A stretch of DNA of 64,000 nucleotides, from NCBI GenBank assembly GCA_041497675.1, contig JBGQGY010000002.1, positions 14,731 through 78,730 on the forward strand, in the 5' to 3' direction. Shown here one piece after another: positions 58,875 to 64,000 of this stretch. The position numbers were made by a program, and so were the translations under genes. A model generated the notes under the pieces. The model did no database searches. It was given only the letters and a program-made list of their open reading frames with translations, and had not been told where the DNA came from. This DNA is from a bacterium. GTDB lineage: Bacteria > Sysuimicrobiota > Sysuimicrobiia > Sysuimicrobiales > Humicultoraceae. Numbering within the stretch: the stretch's first letter is position 1; each line of letters starts with the position of its first letter.

Positions 58875-59314
58875 GCGTCCCGCGACGACACGACACTCGG
58901 GATCGGTTCAAACAACGGCAGCGCGTACTGCTCGGTGATCGACCGGACCACCACACGTACCGGCAGGCCGATGTGCACCGATTCCGGCGGGCAGTTCACG
59001 ACATTGCTAACCATCATCGGCCCTTCGTCGAGTTCAATCGCGGCATACACATACGGCACAGGAAACGCCGGCGAGTGCTGCACGCGCTGCACCGTGAAGG
59101 TGAAGACCTTGCCCTGGCCGCTGGCCCGCGTCCACATGAGGTTTTCAAGATATGGATCATTCGAGTGTTCACGGCACCCCGCCGGAGGCCACCGCCAGGT
59201 CCCGCAGCGACGACAGCGAAGGAGCAGAAACTCGCCGCGCCGCAACCCCTCCCAGAACGGTCTCATCTCCTCGGTTGGGTTGGGGACGGCTCCCTGCCAC
59301 GCGACGGTGCTCAT
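58871..59314 (-). CDS. DUF35 Zn-ribbon/OB-fold protein (scaffold partner of SCP-x-type thiolases)
   Basis: It has a four-Cys zinc ribbon (CRRCGTWRWPPAGC) and an OB fold. ATG 59314 overlaps the thiolase stop (ATGA). Confidence 0.7.
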   Translation of the reverse strand: MSTVAWQGAVPNPTEEMRPFWEGLRRGEFLLLRCRRCGTWRWPPAGCREHSNDPYLENLMWTRASGQGKVFTFTVQRVQHSPAFPVPYVYAAIELDEGPMMVSNVVNCPPESVHIGLPVRVVVRSITEQYALPLFEPIPSVVSSRDA

Positions 59315-60519
59315 GCTGCGTGGCCCCGCGGGTGTTTCGTCAGAACGATCGTGGAGTGAATCGAGCACATCTGGCCCGAGAGGACCTCCGCGCCGTGCCC
59401 GGATACCAGCGCGACGTCCGCATCGGGCACCTGCCGCGCGCCACCCTCACCTTGCACCTGGATGATCGCCTCGGCAAAGCCCGTCAGGTTGCCCAAATGG
59501 TGCGATGAGAGCAGCCCGCCACCGGTGTTGACCGGCACCTCGCCGCCCGGCCCGGTCCGCATTTCCGCGGCAAACGCCCCGCCTTCACCCTTCCGGCACC
59601 ACCCATAGTCTTCCAGCTGAATGATGACTTCACCGGTGAAGCAGTCGTAGAGTTGCGCGACATCCACATCCGCCACGCTGATGCCGGCCTGGCGGAACGC
59701 GGCGTCGCGCGACGTGCGCACCGCCAGCGTCGTGTAGTTGGTCCGCTCCCACCAGAGGTCGCTCATCTGCTCGCCGAAGCCGATCCCCGCGACGTAGACG
59801 GGTGCGTTCCGCGCATCTCGCGCGCGGTCGGTCGTCGTAACGACAAACGCCGTCCCGCCATCGCTCTGCAGGCAGATATCGAACAACCGGTACGGCCAGA
59901 CGACCACCGGGGATTGCTGATGCTCGTTGAGTGTCAGAGGCCGGCCGTGCATGTAGGCCCGCGGGTTTCGGTTTGCCCACTGCCGCGTGGCCACGGCCAC
60001 AGCGCCGAGCTGCTCGCTCGTCGTCCCAAACTCGTGCATGTGCCGGCTGGCCAGCAGACCGTGATAGGATGCTGCATTCGCACCAAACAACGGGGCAACC
60101 GCGTTGGCCTTCGGCGCATACGCCTGCCCGCGCTTCCCCGACACCTGCTGGGCCGCCTGTGCGCGGCTCCAGTCGTCCCGTGCGCCCGCGCACACGACAT
60201 AGTCGGCGATACCATGATCCAACAACCCGGCCGCGGCAATCAAAGCGTGTGCGGCGTATTCACCGCCGCGTCCAACATTTTCCATGTACAGGTTGACGGG
60301 CAGGTTCAGCACCCTGGCAAACGAGTCGTGATGCCTGGGACGGATCCCGCCCCCCGTGTCGCTCAACATCTGGATCGCGGCGCCGATATCTGTCGCCTGC
60401 AGGCCGGCGTCATCGATCGCCAGACGGGCAGCCTCGACCTCGAGCATCAGCACCGATCGCCCCGGCAGGTGTCCAACGTCGGTCACGCCGAGCCCGATCA
60501 CCGCGTACCGGCCTGTCAT
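59311..60519 (-). CDS. Thiolase-like / SCP-x-type (non-specific lipid-transfer protein) thiolase or aldolase
   Basis: A 402-aa protein with the thiolase fold and an N-terminal YAVIGLGVTDVG region. It is co-encoded with the DUF35 partner. Confidence 0.85.
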   Translation of the reverse strand: MTGRYAVIGLGVTDVGHLPGRSVLMLEVEAARLAIDDAGLQATDIGAAIQMLSDTGGGIRPRHHDSFARVLNLPVNLYMENVGRGGEYAAHALIAAAGLLDHGIADYVVCAGARDDWSRAQAAQQVSGKRGQAYAPKANAVAPLFGANAASYHGLLASRHMHEFGTTSEQLGAVAVATRQWANRNPRAYMHGRPLTLNEHQQSPVVVWPYRLFDICLQSDGGTAFVVTTTDRARDARNAPVYVAGIGFGEQMSDLWWERTNYTTLAVRTSRDAAFRQAGISVADVDVAQLYDCFTGEVIIQLEDYGWCRKGEGGAFAAEMRTGPGGEVPVNTGGGLLSSHHLGNLTGFAEAIIQVQGEGGARQVPDADVALVSGHGAEVLSGQMCSIHSTIVLTKHPRGHAA

Positions 60520-61409
60520 CCTCTGATGAATGATTCAGGCGGCTTTGGGCCCCACAGGTTCACCGCAGCAGATCGTCCGCTTACAGGATCCCAGACACCA
60601 GGCCGGTAGGTCTGCTCGTCTGGAATGTGCGCGGCCTCAGCCTGGAGTTCCCACCGGATTCCCCAAGGATCGACGAAGTACACGAAGATGCTGTGTCCGG
60701 GGCCGTGACGGCCCGGGCCGAACTCAACGGAGACGCCGTGCGCCTCGAAATGATTGAGCATTCGTAGGACATCGTCCCATGACTCGATCTCGAAGCCAAT
60801 GTGATGCACTCCTTTGGTCGCCGATTGCACCAGCGCGATGGTCGCGTGCTCGCTGGTGCACCGCACCCAGGAAAACTGCCCCGGGATCTGATCGGACAGA
60901 CGAAAGTCCATAAACTGCTGCCACCATTGCGCACTCGCGCCGGCATCAGCAGCCTTCACGTTGATGTGCGAGAGCTTGATCAGGTTCGCCGGCGGAGTGC
61001 CGGCAGGCCGCGCGACGGGCGCCTGAGACGCGACCAGTTCGCACAGATAGCCGTCGGGATCCTGCAGGCGCACTGCCGGACCGTGCAGCGGCTCGAACAC
61101 CGCGGGGCCGTCGATGCTCAGCCCGCGGCGGCGGAGTTCCACCGCGGCGGCGGCCAGTGCGGACGCATCGGGTACCGTCAATCCGTAGTGATCAAGGCGA
61201 GTGGACTCCCCCGGATACAACACGAGTTCATGGTGCGCAACCATCGGGGCCCCGGTGGGCAGCGTGCTCATCACAATCGCGCCCGTCGCTCGATCGTCCC
61301 GGGTGATACCCAGACCGAGGACCCGCGCATAGTAGGCCGCTGTCGCCCGAGGATCCGGGACGCGCAGGGTGACGTGATCGAATCCGCTTACCGGCAGTCG
61401 CTCGGACAT
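60516..61409 (-). CDS. Two-domain VOC-family protein (glyoxalase / extradiol-dioxygenase fold)
   Basis: It has two VOC modules (GFDHVTLRV...; LSHINVK...HHIGFEIES). The start is trimmed to MSERLPV. Confidence 0.65.
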   Translation of the reverse strand: MSERLPVSGFDHVTLRVPDPRATAAYYARVLGLGITRDDRATGAIVMSTLPTGAPMVAHHELVLYPGESTRLDHYGLTVPDASALAAAAVELRRRGLSIDGPAVFEPLHGPAVRLQDPDGYLCELVASQAPVARPAGTPPANLIKLSHINVKAADAGASAQWWQQFMDFRLSDQIPGQFSWVRCTSEHATIALVQSATKGVHHIGFEIESWDDVLRMLNHFEAHGVSVEFGPGRHGPGHSIFVYFVDPWGIRWELQAEAAHIPDEQTYRPGVWDPVSGRSAAVNLWGPKPPESFIRG

Positions 61410-61447
61410 CGCCACACCTCTCTGTGCCTTCCGTTGACCCGCACGTG

Positions 61448-62353
61448 TCACTGAACCGGGCCACTTCCGGGACTCACTCTGGAACTGGCTCCGGCGGCGC
61501 CGCGCACCCCGCCGTTCTCGGAAGATGCGCTGCCGGCGCCGAGGAGGGCCTTGGTGGCCCGAAACAGCCAGAACCCATCGGTGCGCAAAACGGGGTATCG
61601 CCACAGCCGAGAGAGATCAAGGTCAAGGTACGCGTTCTTTCCCGGACCGCCCAGCGTCACCGTCGAGTACCGTGCAGCCACGAGCCGCTCCGTCTCCGGC
61701 GACCACCAGCCCCAAGGGTACGCAAAGTGTCTCGGCGCAGCGCCCAGCCGTTGTTCGATGAGTTGGTCGCATTCCTCGAGCTCGCGCATGGCGTCGTCCG
61801 CCCCGACCCGCGAGAGGTCGGCATGCGTGGCGGTGTGGCCGCCGAACGTGATGAGACCGGAGTGCATCATGCTCGCAGCCATCTCCCATGTCATCGGCTT
61901 TGGTCGCTGCTCCACAGGGGATTGCCGGAACCCCCCAAAATCAAACGGGCATTGTGTCTCGACGTACCTCGCCGGGAGATACACCGTTGCCGGGAGCTCG
62001 AACCGCCGCAGGACCGGGTAGGCGAACTCATACGTATCGCGGTACCCGTCATCGAACGTGATCGCGACGACGTCGCGGTTCGCATGCCGAGCCGCGCGGC
62101 GGGTGGCAATCTGGGCCACTTCATCGAGCGAGACGACCAAGCAGTTCCGCCGCAAGTAACGCATCTGTCGTTCGAACACGCTCACACCGAGGTCGACATC
62201 GCTTCGAGTCCCGCCACCAATCCGGTGGTAGAGCAACACCACCACGCCGGGCCGCCGCTCGTGTTGCCAGATCCGGAACGGCAGCATGCTCCACCGTACG
62301 AGGCTGCGCGCGACGCGCCCTTGCCCACGTATCCAGGCGCCGAGTCCGTCCAT
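61448..62353 (-). CDS. Polysaccharide deacetylase (CE4, NodB-homology domain), second copy
   Basis: It has the NodB motifs (VVAITFDDGYRDTYEF; FGGHTATHADL). The start is trimmed to about 62353. Confidence 0.75.
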   Translation of the reverse strand: MDGLGAWIRGQGRVARSLVRWSMLPFRIWQHERRPGVVVLLYHRIGGGTRSDVDLGVSVFERQMRYLRRNCLVVSLDEVAQIATRRAARHANRDVVAITFDDGYRDTYEFAYPVLRRFELPATVYLPARYVETQCPFDFGGFRQSPVEQRPKPMTWEMAASMMHSGLITFGGHTATHADLSRVGADDAMRELEECDQLIEQRLGAAPRHFAYPWGWWSPETERLVAARYSTVTLGGPGKNAYLDLDLSRLWRYPVLRTDGFWLFRATKALLGAGSASSENGGVRGAAGASSRVSPGSGPVQ

Positions 62354-62361
62354 CGTCGTGT

Positions 62362-63405
62362 CTAAAAGACCTCGAGATCGCCGAGGGCGAGACGCCACGA
62401 TGCGAAGGACGTCGGGTCGAAGCCTAGGTCATCGGCCAGAGGCCTGATGGTAAGGTGCGGACCGCCGGGCAGTGGCAGAAATCCTGTTCGAAGGAGGACT
62501 CGCCGGTGCGGGGTGTTCCACGCACAGTGGGCGACGGCGTAATCCGCGCGGGTCAGCCCGAGCAGTTCGCGGACGACGCGTTGCCCGTGGCGCTCATCGG
62601 CCATCAACAGCTCGCACACCATCAGTTCCGACAGCCCGCGCCGATGTGTCAGCCGAAAGATCACAGCCGCTTGGGGTCGCCCGGCCCCGACCCAATGGGC
62701 GCCATACTGCAACGAGGGCACTTGGGCGTACCGCCACCGAAGAAACGTCGTCGATCGCGCGGTCCGGACACCGTCAGCCAAGTGCACATCGTCACGAGCC
62801 AGCAGGTCCGTCACACCGGGCTCGTTCTGTAGCATGTCGTCGACGGAGCGCCACCGGCCGAGCGTGTCCTGTTCACCGTCGCCGGTTCCGTTCCTGGCCC
62901 CGCGCCACCGCGAGCCAAGCACGGACCGGACCATGCGAAAGGCGTGCAGCGGTCGAACGAATACCAGCGCCCGCCCCACGTGGGTCCACCCCAGCTTGAG
63001 ATATCCGGGCATGCTGTACCGGTTTGGCGTGTTGAACACGAGATGCACCCCGGTCGCCCGCGCGCGTTCAAGACAGGCCGCTGTCAGGTTGGAGAAGATT
63101 CCCATTCGCTGGTATTGCGGGTGTGTCGCGGTGTCCACGGCTCGGACACCAAGAACCGTCTGCCCCCGCGCGCGAAACTGCCAGCGCAGGAAGGCGCGCA
63201 ACCCCACGATCCGGTCATCGTCGGCCAGCAGCATCAGGGATTGGCCAAACGGGTTGTCTCGATGCTTCCAACGGAAGAACGCCGTCGAGCGCTCGAACGC
63301 CCGCCCGCTGCCCAACGTGAGATTGAGCAATCCCAGGACCGGCGCCTCGTCTGCGGGCTCGTATTCACGGATGGTAAAACGCGGTTTGACCGTCGCCACC
63401 GTCAC
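62362..63405 (-). CDS. GNAT-like acyltransferase (large GNAT/FemAB-like fold)
   Basis: It has a GNAT core (HPQYQRMGIFSNLTAACLERARATGVHLVFNTP). Its start overlaps the upstream GT4 stop (ATGA). Confidence 0.55.
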   Translation of the reverse strand: MTVATVKPRFTIREYEPADEAPVLGLLNLTLGSGRAFERSTAFFRWKHRDNPFGQSLMLLADDDRIVGLRAFLRWQFRARGQTVLGVRAVDTATHPQYQRMGIFSNLTAACLERARATGVHLVFNTPNRYSMPGYLKLGWTHVGRALVFVRPLHAFRMVRSVLGSRWRGARNGTGDGEQDTLGRWRSVDDMLQNEPGVTDLLARDDVHLADGVRTARSTTFLRWRYAQVPSLQYGAHWVGAGRPQAAVIFRLTHRRGLSELMVCELLMADERHGQRVVRELLGLTRADYAVAHCAWNTPHRRVLLRTGFLPLPGGPHLTIRPLADDLGFDPTSFASWRLALGDLEVF

Positions 63406-64000
63406 GCCCGTCCACCCTGCAGCAGCCCTGAGTACAACTGCTCTATCGTGCGAACCATCTGGGGAACACCGTAACGGGCCTGAGACTTGGCGCGCGCCGC
63501 GGCGCCCATGCGCCCCCGAAGGTCGGGCGAGGCCAGCAGCCTACCGATTCCGTCGGCAAGCGCCCCTGCATCCTGAGAAGGCACCAGCACGCTGCTGGTC
63601 TCGTCGGTCGCTTCGGGCACACCGCCAACCCGGGTGACGACGCTGGGCTTGCCCAGGGCCATCGCCTCAAGCAGCGCGATCGGCAGACCTTCGTGCAGCG
63701 ACGACAGGACAAACACGTCAGCGGCTGCCACCAGCCGCACCGCGTCGGGTCTGAACCCCGTGAAGACAAAGCGTCCCTCGAGTCCGTGTCTGCCCGCTTC
63801 CGCCTTCAGCGCCTCGGCCAACGGCCCCAGACCGACCAGCAGGAAGCGCGCGGCTGGATACTGCGTCAGCACCTGGGCCGCCGCGGCCAGGAGGTACGTG
63901 TGCCCCTTCTTCGGCGTCATGTTGCCGACGGTTGCCACTACCGGCGCATCGGACGCGAACCCAAACTCCCGTCGGACGGCGTCGCGCTCCACGGGCATGG
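63402..64000 (-). CDS. Family 4 glycosyltransferase, C-terminal portion only (the N-terminus lies beyond the window end)
   Basis: It has the GT4 C-terminal motif (FVLSSLHEGLPIALLEAMALGKPSVVT). The track M at 63998 is internal, and the frame stays open to the window edge. Confidence 0.7.
   Translation of the reverse strand, partial: MPVERDAVRREFGFASDAPVVATVGNMTPKKGHTYLLAAAAQVLTQYPAARFLLVGLGPLAEALKAEAGRHGLEGRFVFTGFRPDAVRLVAAADVFVLSSLHEGLPIALLEAMALGKPSVVTRVGGVPEATDETSSVLVPSQDAGALADGIGRLLASPDLRGRMGAAARAKSQARYGVPQMVRTIEQLYSGLLQGGRA

Noticed and set aside
17398-64000. An exosortase (XrtA/EpsH), PEP-CTERM proteins or a Wzz/Wza export component in the glycan array
   Set aside because: No ORF shows the exosortase 8-TM Cys-Arg-Asn signature or a PEP-CTERM tail, so the XrtA-like accessory genes appear to be exosortase-independent. 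Absence elsewhere in the genome cannot be assessed from this window.
1-64000. CRISPR arrays, tRNA/rRNA genes, transposases or integrases
   Set aside because: No short interspaced direct repeats are present. No intergenic region is large enough for a structured RNA gene, the largest gaps being 362, 234 and 206 bp. No transposase-like or integrase-like ORFs are present. The only nucleotide-level repeats are the tandem gene paralogs.

Overview
This is a high-GC (about 68%) bacterial chromosomal segment that is almost entirely coding and contains no rRNA, tRNA, CRISPR array or mobile element. The ORF track only reports ORFs with an in-window stop and is full of antisense shadow ORFs, so genes were called from the sequence rather than from the track. 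Organisation: (i) coordinates 1-3917 hold a membrane-anchored tandem-GAF protein (C-terminus outside the window), a DUF951 zinc-ribbon protein and a membrane/spermidine-synthase-like fusion, all on the minus strand. (ii) Coordinates 4280-11246 hold a heat-shock operon on the minus strand, ordered hspR-hsp20-dnaK-grpE-dnaJ-clpB, with a candidate operator palindrome in its promoter. (iii) Coordinates 11300-13947 hold two near-identical NarL-type response regulators behind a single cytoplasmic GAF histidine kinase. (iv) Coordinates 14154-17383 hold a methyltransferase (minus strand) and two divergently transcribed secreted proteins (plus strand). (v) Coordinates 17398-64000 form a single co-directional gene array of about 47 kb, all on the minus strand and with many 1-4 nt start/stop overlaps, for a heavily decorated glycoconjugate. 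It encodes Wzx flippases (two), a Wzy-like polymerase and a PglC-like initiating transferase. For the precursor sugar it has a PglF/CapD dehydratase, a DegT aminotransferase and GNAT acetyltransferases. Glycosyltransferases include GT2, GT4 (three) and two tandem GT-C enzymes. Tailoring genes are two CE4 deacetylases, two tandem SGNH hydrolases, two SAM methyltransferases and an O-carbamoyltransferase with a coupled small membrane protein. There are also two CapK/PaaK-like adenylating enzymes and a FemAB-like transferase. An acylation cassette (AMP-ligase, ACP, acyl-CoA dehydrogenase, two alpha/beta hydrolases) contains a flavin-dependent halogenase. An embedded CoA-transferase, hotdog, thiolase/DUF35 and VOC module completes the array. 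The candidate novel system is this array. It combines an exosortase-A-type accessory gene set without any exosortase, a halogenase-containing acyl cassette bracketed by paralogous membrane proteins, and a beta-oxidation-like module translationally coupled to glycosyltransferases.
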